Notes: generated from the sequence alone by a model not told the origin. Positions 1 through 14,979 are shown, counted from the stretch's first letter. The stretch is DNA of 64,000 nt from Octopus sinensis (GCF_006345805.1 NC_042998.1:184698001-184762000); one strand, 5' to 3'. Numbers and translations: made by a program.

Positions 1-451
1 GTATTTGAGTGTGCGCGTGAGACGTGCTCGTTTATCGAGAGGTGTTAGTAGTGTACACTTGTATGCGTATGAGTGTATATGTATTTTGTTGTTGTGTTTG
101 CGAATACGCATGCCTCTGTCTATGCGTCTGTGTAAGCGTGTAAGCGGGGGAAATGTGTGTGTTGTCTACCTTCTCTAAGATGTAGACTTCAAAAAGATTT
201 TGTGTGTTTCTAATTCCTTTCAAAACATTACAACTAATGAAAGGATTGGATTGCTTTCTCAGAAGAGGGCCTAAAACAACTTAATACATCGGTTTTCGTT
301 AAGATCCATAATGTAGATCATATTTCATAGAACCTTTAAACACCCACCCCAAACAGCCACACATACACATGTATTTGTGTGTCTGTGCATGTGCATATAT
401 ATATGTGTGTGTATATATATGTGTGTGTGTATGTATGTGTGTGTATGAAAG

Positions 452-683
452 TATTTCTTTACTACCCACAAGGGGCTAAACACAGAGGGGACAAACAAGG
501 ACAGACAAAAGGATTAAGTCGATTACATCGACCCCAGTGCGTAACTGGTACTTAATTTATCGACCCCGAGAGGATGAAAGGCAAAGTCAACCTCGGCGAA
601 ATTTGAACTCAGAACGTAACAGCAGACGAATTATGGCTTCGCATTCGCCCAGCGTGCTAACGTTTCTGCCAGCTGGCCGCCTT
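452..683 (-). mobile_element. tRNA-headed SINE (family B, tail ...GTCCCCTCTGTGTTTAGCCCCTTGTGGGTAGTAAAGAAATA), full length
   Basis: Same sequence recurs at 34801-35029 and 39608-39820. Flanked by a 15-bp direct repeat ATGTGTGTGTATGAA (435-449 and 685-699). Confidence 0.85.
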
Positions 684-699
684 CATGTGTGTGTATGAA

Positions 700-730
<31 letters not shown>

Positions 731-850
731 GTATGTATGTGTGTATGTATGTATGCATGCATGTATGTATGTATGTATGTATGTATGTATGTGTATTTGT
801 GTGCGTGCGTATATGTATGTATGTGTCTGTGAATGTATGTCTTTTGTGTC

Positions 851-1050
851 TTTTATCTTTTACTTGTTTCAGTCTATAGATTGCAGCCATATTGGAGCAC
901 GGCCTTGAAGGGTTTCGTCGAAGAATTGGACCCCAGGACTTATTTCTTAAGTCTGTTACTGTTACTTTTATGTTGGTGATTTGCTAGGTTATGGCGACGT
1001 AAACAAACCATCACCGGCTGTCAAGCGGTGGTGGGAGACAAACAAACACA
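851..1050 (-). mobile_element. SINE family A, degenerate 3' half
   Basis: TTTTACTTGTTTCAGTC tail and TGTCAAGCG block match the full copies at 28891 and 35411. Confidence 0.7.
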
Positions 1051-1089
1051 AAAACAAAATATATATGTGTGTATGTGTGTGCGCGTGTT

Positions 1090-1127
<38 letters not shown>

Positions 1128-1426
1128 AGAGTGTGGGAGTGTGTGCACTTTTAGGCTCGGATGATACAAACCTACTGTAAGATTCGTCCTAGTCTGGACC
1201 AACCCGCTTTAGTCTCTGATATAGTAAACCTAATGCTTCTTTTTTTCCCCCCGATATGATTGTCAGTTGGGGTCTGAGGGAGATTTGTATGCTATTTCCG
1301 ACAGGTCGAGTAATCATACCAGGTCGCCTTCCTTCTCATATTTCACACACGTACGCAGATAACCATACGTAATTATATGTGTGTGTGAACGAGGGTCTAT
1401 ATTATATGTATGTGAGTGTGTGCATG

Positions 1427-1457
<31 letters not shown>

Positions 1458-1527
1458 CTGTGGATGTGTTTGTTTTCACTAGAATGAATAGTTAAAAACA
1501 GGAAATGCAAAACCAATATCAATAAAG

Positions 1528-1570
<43 letters not shown>

Positions 1571-1589
1571 AGGGAGAGAGAGAGAGAGA

Positions 1590-1637
<48 letters not shown>

Positions 1638-1879
1638 CTGATCGAGTAAAAAGAGGAAGTGAGAGAATATTGGTAATATTTGGTCAACGAATGTAATATC
1701 ATAGTGAAATGTATTTTTGTAGTTCTTAAATATTTGTTAATAAATAAAGTATATTTATAAACATTAATAAATTAGAAATTTTAGATATATGTTGCTGTTT
1801 GATTTTCATTATCAAATTCTAAAAATTTACGCACACGTACACAGATGCATGTATGTGTGTGCGAGCATATATATACATG

Positions 1880-1969
<90 letters not shown>

Positions 1970-2266
1970 TATATGTATATGTATATATATATATGTATTC
2001 ATTTATTTATTTCTATGTATATGTATATATATATATATCTATATATATATATATATATATACACATACATGTATATATATATATATATATGCATATATAT
2101 ATATATATAACATACATGTATATATATATATATAATAGCATGTATGTATATATATATATATAATATATATATATATATATGTGTTGTGTTGTGTGTAATA
2201 TATATATATATATATATATATATCGTTGGCAGTGAGATTTGCTTGGTGTGCCCATGACTGCTGCTT

Positions 2267-2305
2267 GTCACTGATGAGACACAATAAGTCGAATTCAGGT
2301 ACGGC
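2267..2305 (+). ncRNA. decayed minimal hammerhead ribozyme-like motif
   Basis: CTGATGA-GAC(ACAATAA)GTC-GAAT-TCAGG-TA. Core box and stem II intact, GAAA changed to GAAT, stem I imperfect. Confidence 0.4.
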
Positions 2306-2460
2306 CTTGAAGGTTTTAGTCGAACAATTCGGCCGCTGTACTTACTTTTCAGCATGATACTTATTTATCCGTCGCTTTTGCCGAACCGTTAACTTATAAA
2401 TGGATAAATAAACACCGGTTGTGATTCGGTGGTGAGGGACAAACACAGACACAAAGTCAC
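2303..2460 (-). mobile_element. SINE family A, degenerate fragment
   Basis: CTTTTGCCGAACCG and GGGACAAACACAGACAC blocks shared with other copies. Confidence 0.6.
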
Positions 2461-2829
2461 ACACATGTAGATATACACATACATACACTTCATATAAAGG
2501 AGTTTTTGAAGTCCTTAATGATTAAATTTTGGTGGGATAACTGGTTGATTCAGCATTTATTTAATTTCTACGGTAATAATGTCGTTCGATATTATTTTTT
2601 AGAAAGTTTCTTTCTTATATAATCTACATGAATTTTAATCTTTGACTTAGATTTAGTTGCTGTTTCTGTTCAGTCAAGCGGTCATGTAGATGCTTTCTGC
2701 GATGGCTCGACCAAACCCTCGATTTAATGTGAGGTGTTATTTGAGCATTACTGACCCGGCTTTAACGTCGATATTTACACATACCCACGCACATGCACAC
2801 ATCCATTCATGCGCACCCAGATATGTGTG

Positions 2830-2873
<44 letters not shown>

Positions 2874-2875
2874 AT

Positions 2876-3078
2876 ACCACCTAACTGGCCCTCGTGCCGG
2901 TGGCACGTAAAAGCAGCCACTACACTCTCGGAGTGGTTGGCGTTAGGAAGGGCATCCAGCTGCAGAAACTTTGCCAGATCAGATTGGAGTCTGGTGTAGC
3001 CATCTGGTTCGCCAGACCTCAGTCAAATCGTCCAACCCATGCTACCATGGAAAGCGGACGTTAAACGATGATGACGAG
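2876..3078 (+). mobile_element. SINE 3' part ending in AAACGATGATGA short-repeat (RTE-type) tail
   Basis: GC-rich repeat-like block embedded in TA repeats, ending GGACGTTAAACGATGATGACGA. Family recognised from memory only. Confidence 0.6.
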
Positions 3079-5084
3079 ATATATATATATATTATATATC
3101 TGTGTAAACGTGTATATATAAACGTATGCACGTGTGTGTCACTTGATTAAAATAAAGTTGGCAAACAACAATTTATTATTCAGACATGCTGGGTACACGT
3201 TTTTTCGAAAATTCTTCTCCCACACACCTGCTAACACTATCATATACACACAAATCAGACAATTTTGTGCAAGGTGAAGGAGCGCTGTTTCGAGCACAGC
3301 AAGCTTCCATCGTATCACTTCATGTGATATTAACGCGTGTACAACTACAGACCACCCTTGCTCTCTCTCTGTTTTGATTCTAAATACTATTCACTCTTGT
3401 CGTCTTCCTTAACCGAGCAAAGACTGTTTGAATAAACAAACCACTTTGCATCAAGGCGTCTTTCCTACAACGAAACAGCTTCACTGAATGAATTTATGAA
3501 TAAAGGCATATTAAGAACAATGAATTTATTTATGGGTAAACGACATATTAAAACCATTGTGTTATTTATTGCTGACGACATATTAACACCAACATCCGCA
3601 AGGCGTATGTATGTCTATGTGTGTGTGCGTATGTGTGTGTATGTGCGAGCGTAATTGAGAGAAAGAGAGAGAGAGAGAGACAGTGGGAAAGAGAGTTGGT
3701 TTGTATATGTGTATATTTATTTTAATGTTTTGTGCATTATCTTTGATATACTGTTTAATTTATATTTAATTTTTTGTCTTTTGATTCTATATTTTTAAAA
3801 CTCCATACTTTACTGCATCTAAATCATATTTAGTTTCTCTTTTAGATTTATTTCTCAAGGTTTTAGGCTCAAATTCTCTCAGGATAGGCACGCTGGTATT
3901 CATTCTTATATCGACAGTGAAATACGTATCAGTGATACATAGAAGTCGATTCATTTCATCTCTCCGTCCTCGTTGCTTAATCAATAGGAAACAAAATATT
4001 TTGTTTTTCACTTCAGTACTGAATTCTTTAGCTTTTAGTCAGAGTCGCCAAAATTTAAAGTATCCATCCTTATACCGGAAAACTGGCCCGTATACTAAAA
4101 ACAGAGTGGGGTCTGCTCAAGGTATCCAAGACGCCAGGTAGAGTATTAAGCTGGATAACAGATTAAGTGTATCACTCAAAGAAGCCATGGCGGGATTTGA
4201 ACTCAAAGTGGAAAGAACCAGAACAAATACTGCCGAGTATCTAGTCCAACATTCATGCTGATAGGTACAATTCAATCGACCATAAAGGATGAAGAGCGAG
4301 ATTTTCATCCTTTTCATCGGTAGGAGTTGAGCTTGGAACGTAAAAATCGGAACGAAGATCAAAGGGAAATTTCTCCGATCAAAAATACTCTGTCAGTTAG
4401 CCGTCAGATTTATTCATTTGAAAATGGCAAGTTAACAGCTGACTAATACCGCTTGATATGGTTTCATATTTTACGTAAGACTAAAAAACATTCCTCTGAA
4501 CAAAGTGAACAGCAAATCATTAATGATCTGTAAGTACTTCTTTTAAATTGAAGGTTTAAATTTTAAATTACTGAGCATAGATGTTTATAGATATCAACCA
4601 AGCTTTTATTATTTTCATGTTTACATTATACGTATTTTGTAGAGATTTAGAAGCAAATTACTAAAGCTCTTTGTTTAGAAAGAAAAAACAAAAAAGAATT
4701 TCAAGATATTTGTGAATTATTTAGAAATACTAAAAGGCAAAAAAGTAAAAAACAAAAATAAAAATACAATTTTTAAGTCGTAGTTGGATTACCGTTGGAC
4801 TACATGTTCATAAAATGTTCAAATCAGAATAATTACAACTAAAGATGTCAGAACAAGTAAGACAAACAATTGTGGAAGAAAATCATGGACCATTGAAGTA
4901 AAGACAATATTTAATTAATAGTACGCTTAATTAATGAGTGTGAAATACTTCGGCGCAGAATTAGAAACCAAAATTAATCAGTGACTCTACTTGCAGTCTC
5001 TTCTTGGTCAGAAGCACAAAAAGAAAGCCTGAAGCTTGTTCAGAAATAACAATTGCTTCTTAAACACACTCGCATGCGTACATA

Positions 5085-5143
<59 letters not shown>

Positions 5144-7838
5144 CAAACATGCATATATACATGGTGATTGCTCCATCTTTATAGATGATTGCTGTCTCTT
5201 TGTGCTTCCTTGTTGTAAATAGCATTTCTGGCTTTCCATCCATAACCTCTTAAATGGCCACGCAGCCCCGTTTCAGATCTACAGAGTTTGGAGCATAGGT
5301 AACAGCCAAAAGTTGTAACTTACTGAACGTTTTCGGCTGGTTAGGTCTGCACACATCGCTACTTTTCCATCGCCATAGGATTTTCAATAGATGGAATGAC
5401 GAATAAGGTTACCATAGAAAAACATCTATATGGCATTGAATTATTGTGATAAACACTTGTACACCACGTGTACGGCTCTTTGAGTTTCCATGATTAGTGC
5501 CAAAATATAGGCCGGTGCGAGATGACCAGCCATCACGTGAAACCGCAGCTTTTACATCAGAGTATCTATCTCTCCTAGAAGGTAGGTGTGACAGCAGCTA
5601 GGGGGCCCTCACTCCCAGTGGTTTTACTGTGCACCCTAACACCAACCAAGGTATTTCTGCGTCCCCGCGCTCAGATGCATTGTCATCACATATGCTAGTT
5701 AACTCACAGCTGGGAGCCTGACATTTGTTACTATTCTGGGCCAGAGTAGACCTGGGAGCAATAGTGGATATGAGGTGGTTTTATAGTCATCAAAACCCCA
5801 GAATTCCCGAAACACAGACCCACTACCGGATGCAGTTTAAATCATATCTACGACAAATACACCTCTACGCATGCACGCACACACACACACGTACATATAT
5901 ATATGTGCGTGTGTGTGTGTGTGTGTATGAATATATGTGTTTCTATGTGTGAGTTCTTAGCTTATGTATAATAAACAGGTTATAGGATATTTATGTAATA
6001 TTAAATGGTAGTAAAACTAAAATTCCATTCTTCAATGAAACACACCACGTCTTTCGTTTTTATTTACTCGTATAGTCAATATTTACAGGAAAATCTTGAT
6101 CAACTATTATCATTTTTTTTTCCCACAAGACAATACATATTAAATACATCTGCTTCCAGCAGTTTAACGGGAAATTTCTTTTCAGAAGAACACGATGTAA
6201 CACTAATCTATGAAACTGTTTTTAACACGGTATATAGTACTGAACACGCTATATAATATTAGTAAGCACAATTTGCAAGTTGTGAGGCTTCGTGAGTTAA
6301 ATATTTGCAGTCATTTCGTTCATTCAGTTTTATGATTTGACAAATCCAAACTAAGGTGGACAATATGTTGAATACTTGGAGATTTATTCATTGATCATAA
6401 TTTAAACATGAGCTTTCTGTACCGGTTTTCATGAACGTCACCGACCTTTAAGGATGGTTCTATGATATACACACGATATATATAGGAATATACACTGCAT
6501 TGTAACTGATAGTATAAATAATGATGCAGACAAAGTTTGAAAGACGTCCAAGAAATTAAGGCACAAATCTATGCTTTTCTTTAACCAATGTGTCACCTTA
6601 TTGTCCTACTTTGAAATCTTCCCGTGTTTAAATGTGTCGTTCATCAGCTTGGAAGCCGATAAAATAAGTATCAGTAATGTCTTGGAGTAAGGTCTACGCA
6701 AACATTTCTCTAATTTATATTTGCAATGAATTAAATTGGTTCACTCTGTAAAAAAGAGAGGTTTCGTTATGTTGCTTAGTGGTAGCGAACATTTGGAGAA
6801 AAGGTACCTGACGCGTTGGTTGGTTGGTAGTGGTTTTGTAGCTTAGAGTAAGAGCATATAACGGAATAGAAAGTTAGTAATAAGCACAGATATGACAAAA
6901 TCAATAAAAACTGCTGTGGTATTTATCATTTAGATCGATTATTATCGGAGCAGAACAAAGATGAAATCAATAGAAGTCATACAGTTGGCTGTTTAATTTA
7001 GAATGAGTGATTCAATTGTTATACAATCGATAAAGATTAGACTGAGTATAATATAATCTTGGATAAGGTCAACATAGGAGATGGTCATAATGGTGACGAC
7101 GATGATGATGATGATGACAAGGGGGATGACGGCGACGAATGACATTGACGAGAATCATGACGATTTTAATGATGATGACAATAATTACAATGGTCGTAAT
7201 GATGACGAAGCGTATGATGACGGTGATGACGGGGAAGATAATGATGTCGAGGGTTTGAGTGATCGGGCAATCATGATTTCTATAATCTTCATATTATGAG
7301 ATTATGAGCGAAGATTATTACGAGTGTTATTGGAAAAAGAACAAAGTGAATATAAAGATCTCAATTACGGCTACAAGCATAGTTGATATTGCTATTTGAT
7401 GAGAGTACACATACTCACATTTATGTGATTATATGCATGCATATAATATTTATGTGTATTCATATATACGATCATACGTGTGTGCGTGTATATATACATA
7501 TATATATATATGTGTGTATGAGCATAATATATATATATACATATACATACTCACACTCATATAATGTATGTGTGTGTGAAAGATAGGATATAGCCAAGTG
7601 CACAACTGGGCGTATCCCTCTTCACGCCTGAAGACTTTTAGTAGTACCTTTAAATCATTAATTTGTCAATGACCGAACAGTCAGCCATTTTGATGCTCAT
7701 AAGGTGGCCTGAAGCAAAGTGAAGTAAAGTACAAAGACAAAACGCATGTTACGAATCAAGACTTTACCGTAGGCTGAAAGGCCAGTTGTCTAATCTTTAG
7801 GCCACGAACATTGTTTAAAAAAATAATACCATTTTAAG

Positions 7839-7885
<47 letters not shown>

Positions 7886-7953
7886 CATACAAACACATAA
7901 GTGTGTGTTCACGTGTACATGTATATATATTAGTATTCATATTAATATATAAA

Positions 7954-8145
7954 GGCGCATAGCGTAGTGGTTAGGGTGTTATACCCACGGTCTCGCTATC
8001 GTGGTCTTAATTTCCGGATCGGGTGGTGCGTGTGTTCTAAAGCACAACACTTCAGCTCACATTGCAATGCAATCCCTTAGACACGTGACATGTCGTATAC
8101 TGTGCAACTGTTCAGACATCGCCGACTTGACGGAGGGAGTGAGTT
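7954..8145 (+). mobile_element. degenerate tRNA-headed SINE
   Basis: GGCGCATAGCGTAGTGGTTAGGGTG A-box-like head, related to the heads at 33507 and 55307. Confidence 0.5.
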
Positions 8146-8329
8146 TATTTACAGGACAAACATTTGTTCACAATAAACATACGATTTGTGCAGAAACGTT
8201 TTTCCAGGATTACGAAATGTTACTGTGATATTAATATACGTATCCTTATATATTTATATGTATGAATATATCTTCTTATTCAGCAATAGTATTATATATA
8301 TATATGAAGTAGCAAAAATAGCACAAAAA

Positions 8330-8367
8330 CGGTTACTCACATTTTCACGTACCCGTTCGTCGGACAG
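8330..8367 (-). ncRNA. decayed minimal hammerhead-like motif
   Basis: Minus strand reads CTGT-CCGACGA-ACG(GGTA)CGT-GAAA-ATGTGAG-TA-ACCG. Lies between TA tracts. Confidence 0.35.
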
Positions 8368-8484
8368 TTTTGAGTAAGAGTTTTTGTGATATTTATGCTG
8401 CTTCTTAATAAAGCATATTAAACTACCTCTAGTATTCGAGTACTATTTTTCCACCTTGTTTCGCATTTATGTACTTACTCTGGT

Positions 8485-8596
<112 letters not shown>

Positions 8597-8648
8597 ACAC
8601 ATACATACATATATGTATATATATATATATATATATACATATATATAT

Positions 8649-8713
<65 letters not shown>

Positions 8714-9339
8714 CGTATATATATAATAACAATAGTCCTTGGATGGAATTTATAAACATTTGATGCATCGCTACGCGCGTTTCCACAAATAACATATCTC
8801 TTATGATCACAGTCCGTATTTCTGGGATGATTACAGTGTAGATCATTGTATCCGTGGGCATCGGGTTGATCATCTTCATGAATTCATTTCTTCAGGCGAT
8901 ATAACATTAATGGATGTACAACGGAGGGATAGTTCGATGCAACCCCCAAAAACCGCTTCACCAGTCAACATCATTAGACTGTGGCCGGCATAATTGAATA
9001 GGAGCTTTATCTGCATATTCAAAAGCTTGATTCATAATATACAGGTAAGCTGACAAAATTACGAACTCTAGCTGATGTATTTTGCAACTGACTTCACCGT
9101 TAGCAGTCCATAAACGTATATACGGACGAGTTGTGTAAACTTCTTGCAATTTCAGTCGATGTTCATAAGAATTTATTTGATTTATTACTTGTTTTCTCAG
9201 ACAATATACCTAGAAGACTTAAAAAACGTCTTTGTATAATTTCACGCTTCTAAATGACAAATAACCATGGGTCCCATATATTTTTAAAAACTTCATTCGA
9301 ACGTTTGTCATTTCTGTATCGTGAGACAGTACTATTTTT

Positions 9340-9990
9340 TGCAGCTAGGTTGACAACTCTCCTGTAAATTCGATTATGAAATAAGAATTTGATGTTGGAC
9401 ACAAATTCTATGCACCGGCCAAGGGGTCAATTTGTGATAGATGACTTCAGGTTATACAGTCTGGAAACATTCAAATAGCTTATGAAAGTGGTTAGGAGAA
9501 TAAACCTACAGTTAGAAACTTTGAGTAAAGGTTCAGTATAATAAAAGCTGATGATATTAAGCTGCTGAAGGGAAACCCGCAGGTTTGAATGGTGCCTGGA
9601 ACAACACATGACCAAACAGAATCCGTAACTTTACAAGCTTCCCAAAATCAGAAGGTGTACATCAGATTTGGAAAGATATTATGACGTTTTCAAATGATGT
9701 AGGGTTTGGAAAAGCTGTAGAAGATGATGTGATTGAATTGCTAGTGTTCCAGAGAGTAAATTTATCTAATAAGGAGCTGGTGCCGTTAGAACCAGACAAG
9801 TTAGGAATACAGATGAGCGTATACGGAAATTGTAGCAATTCCACTTAGATTGACTGAAATGAGTATTGCTAAAGTTCTTCAAGGGTTCGCTGAAAATAAC
9901 TTTAATGTAACGTAAAAATTACGAGAGGAGTTTACAATGAGTACAGTTCCTACAGTGATTGCGCGAAGTGATGATGCGCCATAAACATCA
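9340..9990 (+). mobile_element. Tigger/pogo-type DDE transposase fossil (C-terminal half, stops and frameshifts)
   Basis: Manual translation gives DNSP, GQGV, ENKPTVRNF, LNGAWNNT*PNRIRNFTSF and DVGFGKAVEDDVIELL..LSNKEL, colinear with the Tigger/TIGD DDE_1 C-terminus. Confidence 0.65.
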
Positions 9991-10169
9991 AACGACTTTG
10001 GGTAAGCTCATCAAGGAGATGCTGATGCGGATGGTAAAGTAAGATGGAAGCTAATGTCCCTTATCTTCCCAGTAATTTACATCCCATCATCACTTCTGAC
10101 CACACAATAAGACGCACGCTATTACAATATTGAAGAGCGCAATGCTTCTGTAATGTGAAGGAACAAATA

Positions 10170-10468
<299 letters not shown>

Positions 10469-10470
10469 CT

Positions 10471-10613
10471 ACAAATGTAAGATCCAGGGATCGAGGTGTA
10501 AGTTAGCTTCCAGCAATCTGTAGTGAATATATAAAAAAAAAACTTTCAGGAACAATAGTGGTTTATTGAGATGGAAAGTTGCAGATCCTTTTCTTTTATC
10601 AAATAAGTTCTTG

Positions 10614-10673
<60 letters not shown>

Positions 10674-10840
10674 CAAGAACTTATTTCCAGCTCATCGTTC
10701 TTCGATAAAAAAAAAAGATCTGCAACCTTCCGTCTCAATAAACCATTATTGTGCCTGAAAGTTGTTTTGTTTAGAATCACTACATATTGCTCGAAGCTAA
10801 CTTTCTTCCTACACCTCGATCCCTGGATCTTACAATTGTG
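10471..10840. repeat. fold-back element, ~145-165 bp inverted arms around a central (TA)n, TA-flanked
   Basis: TGTAAGATCCAGGGATCGAGGTGTA...AAATAAGTTCTTG (10471-10614) is the reverse complement of 10674-10839, with indels. Confidence 0.9.
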
Positions 10841-10843
10841 TAT

Positions 10844-10888
<45 letters not shown>

Positions 10889-10890
10889 TT

Positions 10891-11030
10891 TTAGTTTTCG
10901 TCTACCAAATCCACTCACAAGACTTTGTCCGGCCCGAGGCTATCGTAGTAGACACTTGGTCAAATTCTCACTCAGTGTAACTGAACCCGGAACCATGTGG
11001 CTGGAAAGCAAGCTTCTAACCATTCAGCTA
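10891..11030 (-). mobile_element. SINE family A, 5' half
   Basis: TCTACCAAATCCACTCACAAG...GAACCCGGAACCATGTGG. Confidence 0.75.
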
Positions 11031-11103
<73 letters not shown>

Positions 11104-11652
11104 CCTCTCTACATATATATGTATGTATCTGTGTATGGCACACATGGGTTACATTCTGTTAAAGCCACATCAACTTTCATCATTCCCCTCCAGTAAATTG
11201 TGTTGGAGACCAGGAATGTATTTGGATCGATTCAATCAGTTATATTGCTTCCAAACAAAACTGTTACCTTGTACCAAGGCAATGTGTGTGTGTGTATTTG
11301 CATGTATGTGTAGATAACCGGAAAGAGAGAGAGAGGAAGGGGGAGAAAGCGACAAAAAGCTAAAAGAAAGAATGACCGGATAACTGATTGAAAGAATGAG
11401 AAAAGGAAAGAATTAATGAAGGAAGGTATGCAATGATTTACGAAAGAAAAAATAGAGCAAAATAGAAAAGACGAAACGAATTGCGTAAGAAAGGTAGAAA
11501 GTAGCAAAGCTGAAGGAAGATAAAATATAGAGAGATAAATTGTAGGGAGGAATGGAAAATGGAAGTGGAGAAGAACGAAAGAAGAAAGATTAGAAATGAA
11601 GGAAGAAAGGACGATTAGAAGAAAGACAGCAACATAAATCAAAGGGGAAGAA

Positions 11653-11960
<308 letters not shown>

Positions 11961-12435
11961 GTGTGTGTGTATCAATGTGTATGTGTTTACACACACACAC
12001 ATACACGTTGATAAAGTTGTTTATCGTTCAAATCTACCTTACGTTACCTATATATGTATATTAAATTGTGTGCATATCTGTGTAAGCAAATACGTGTGTG
12101 CGTGTGCGTGTACGCGCATATGTGTGTAAACACACACACACACACATATATATATGCGTGTGTGTGTGTGTGTGTTTAATATATAAATTAGAGAAAAACC
12201 ACTATAATACTTCCTAATATTATGTGTGTGTGTGTGTGTGCGTGTGTATGTGTGTGCGTGTGTGCGCGTGTGTATGTATGTATATATTTGAAATTCTTGT
12301 AAAGAACGAGTGTACGTACGTGGTGTGTCCGTGTGGCGGGGGATAGAAGAGACAGACAGTAAGAGAGAGAGAGAGAGAGAGAGAGAAAGGGAGAGAGAAA
12401 GAGAAAAAGAAGGGAGGAGTAATAAAAGAGCGAAC

Positions 12436-12468
<33 letters not shown>

Positions 12469-13262
12469 TGGGGTGAAGAAAGTGATTGAAAGAGAGGATA
12501 AAATGAGAGTGATAAAGAGAAAATAAGAATGAGCATCCGTACAGACAGCAGAGCCTATGTCAAACAGCGTCAGCCTTTTTTTCTTTTTTTCATTATTATA
12601 TTGTGGTTGATTGGTTTACGAGTGAATGCTGATGGTTAGACTATGCAGCCTGGTCGGTGCAGCTTCGTTGGTGCAAACTGTTGCAGACACGTGATCATTC
12701 TAAGCATTTTTTTTCTCTTTTTTTTTTTTTTTTTTCAAAGAAATTTTCTTGTGCTCTTTGCTCTGGTCACCAGCATCAACAATGAGATGTGTCATCAGGT
12801 TCAAACGTCCAATTTCTAACGCGTCTGTAATATCGACATATTGGAAAGTCACCATTACTGGACATGTTCGTACTAAACATGCTCACAGAAGCACATCCCT
12901 GCCCGTATCTTATACAGGTACACGCACGCATAGAAACCATAGAGATACCGTTTATTCATGCGACATCCTCTGAGACATACACACACACACACACACACAC
13001 AACACACACACACAACACACATACGCACGCACGCACTGACACGGATGGTTGGTGTGTTTTATGTTTCTGTTTAACGTTGGCAACTCTGTCGTTAAATTTC
13101 ATAGAATGGATTTCATAAATATATATTTGGTAGAAGGTCCTACACAGTGTTAACTGCGAATGGAAATATGCTATCCCAAGTACCCAACGCAATAAAAGTC
13201 TCACAAATACACACGTACACACCACACGCACACGCAAATAATATATAGATTATATATATATA

Positions 13263-13300
<38 letters not shown>

Positions 13301-13865
13301 GTGTGTGTGTGTGTGTGTATAATATATATTATATGTTGTATGTATATATATATATATGTGTGTGTATATATATATATGTATGTATATATATTATATATAT
13401 ATGTGTATATATATATACATATAGTATACATATATACATGTATATATGTATATTTATAATATATACATGTAAACATATTTATGTTTATATATAAATATAT
13501 ATATACATATGTGTATATATATACATATTATATATATATATTATATTTATATTATATTATTTATATTATATTATATAATACGCGTACATGTTTGTTGTGT
13601 GTCTATATGTGTACTAAATAAATGCAAAATATATATAATAGTGAATAGTATTCATGCATATGTGACCGATTATATAATGTATGTGCAAATAGTAAATATA
13701 CGTCTTTCAATATGTGTGTACGTGCGCGCGCAATTAGGATAAGTACAGGTGAGAATGTAAAAGTGTCGTGTGTGTGTCTGTGTGCGCGCGTGCGTGCATC
13801 GTAGGCCACAAACAGAATTGAGAAAATAATACAGGAATGTCATACTGTCTCACTTCCCAATTTCC

Positions 13866-13922
<57 letters not shown>

Positions 13923-13945
13923 GGTGGTGGTGGTAGTAGTAGTAA

Positions 13946-13979
<34 letters not shown>

Positions 13980-13992
13980 TGTAGTTGTAGTT

Positions 13993-14027
<35 letters not shown>

Positions 14028-14225
14028 TATCGTGATGGCGGCAACAGTTATAGTAATATTTGTAACGTCAGTTGTAGTAGCAGTATTAGCAGCCTCAATT
14101 AATGGTGTTAGTAATAGTTATAATATCAGCTGCTGCTGCTGCTGCTGCAATGATAGTGGCGGTGGCGGTTGATGTCATAATATTACTGTTGAGGTTATTT
14201 ATAATGATGATGATGATGCTGATGG
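13866..14225 (+). repeat. compound trinucleotide tract (GTA/GTG/GCT/GAT)
   Basis: Read directly from the sequence; it produces the poly-V and poly-A ORFs. Confidence 0.9.
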
Positions 14226-14693
14226 TTGCCAGGAGTCGGAAAGCAGGAACGTTTGTCCACTTCCGGATTAGTTCATTCACCGGAAGTTGTATTTGTATAT
14301 TTGTAAAGATTAGAAGTATAAAATCTCTTATAAATTGAAGTAATGGCTCATTTCATGCTATATTATACATCTAATAAGAAAACAATTCAAGATTTTGGCA
14401 CACACACACATATACATAAATGTATGTGTAGATATATATATATATATATGCACATGTGTAGTCATATGTGCGCCTATGTGTATACACAAACACGCACACA
14501 CATATATAACAACCAAATTATTCACAAAAATAGATTTATGGTACAATTCCTCACATATTCATTAAGAAGTGCGTGCTTATACGCGTGTAATGTGTACTTT
14601 ATAAGAATTAGTGGGTATATGTGTGTGTTTGTGTGTGTACGTGTGTATGTAAATATATATATATATATATTTACATATATATATATGTATATA

Positions 14694-14734
<41 letters not shown>

Positions 14735-14824
14735 GTATATAGATATATTATAATATATGTAATATATATATATATATGTAACTCCATAATTAAATATGTA
14801 CACATATGCACACACACACATATA

Positions 14825-14860
<36 letters not shown>

Positions 14861-14979
14861 TATGAGTATGTGTGTGTGTGCATCTTGTGTGCGTGTGTTT
14901 ACCTAAATATATGTATTATTCAAATATTAAATATTTACATACAAAAATACCAATATACGCATTTGTACTACTACTACTA

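Noticed and set aside
7081-7299. Asp-rich ORF
   Set aside because: Degenerate (GAT)n tract; the acidic frame is broken by a stop and a frameshift.
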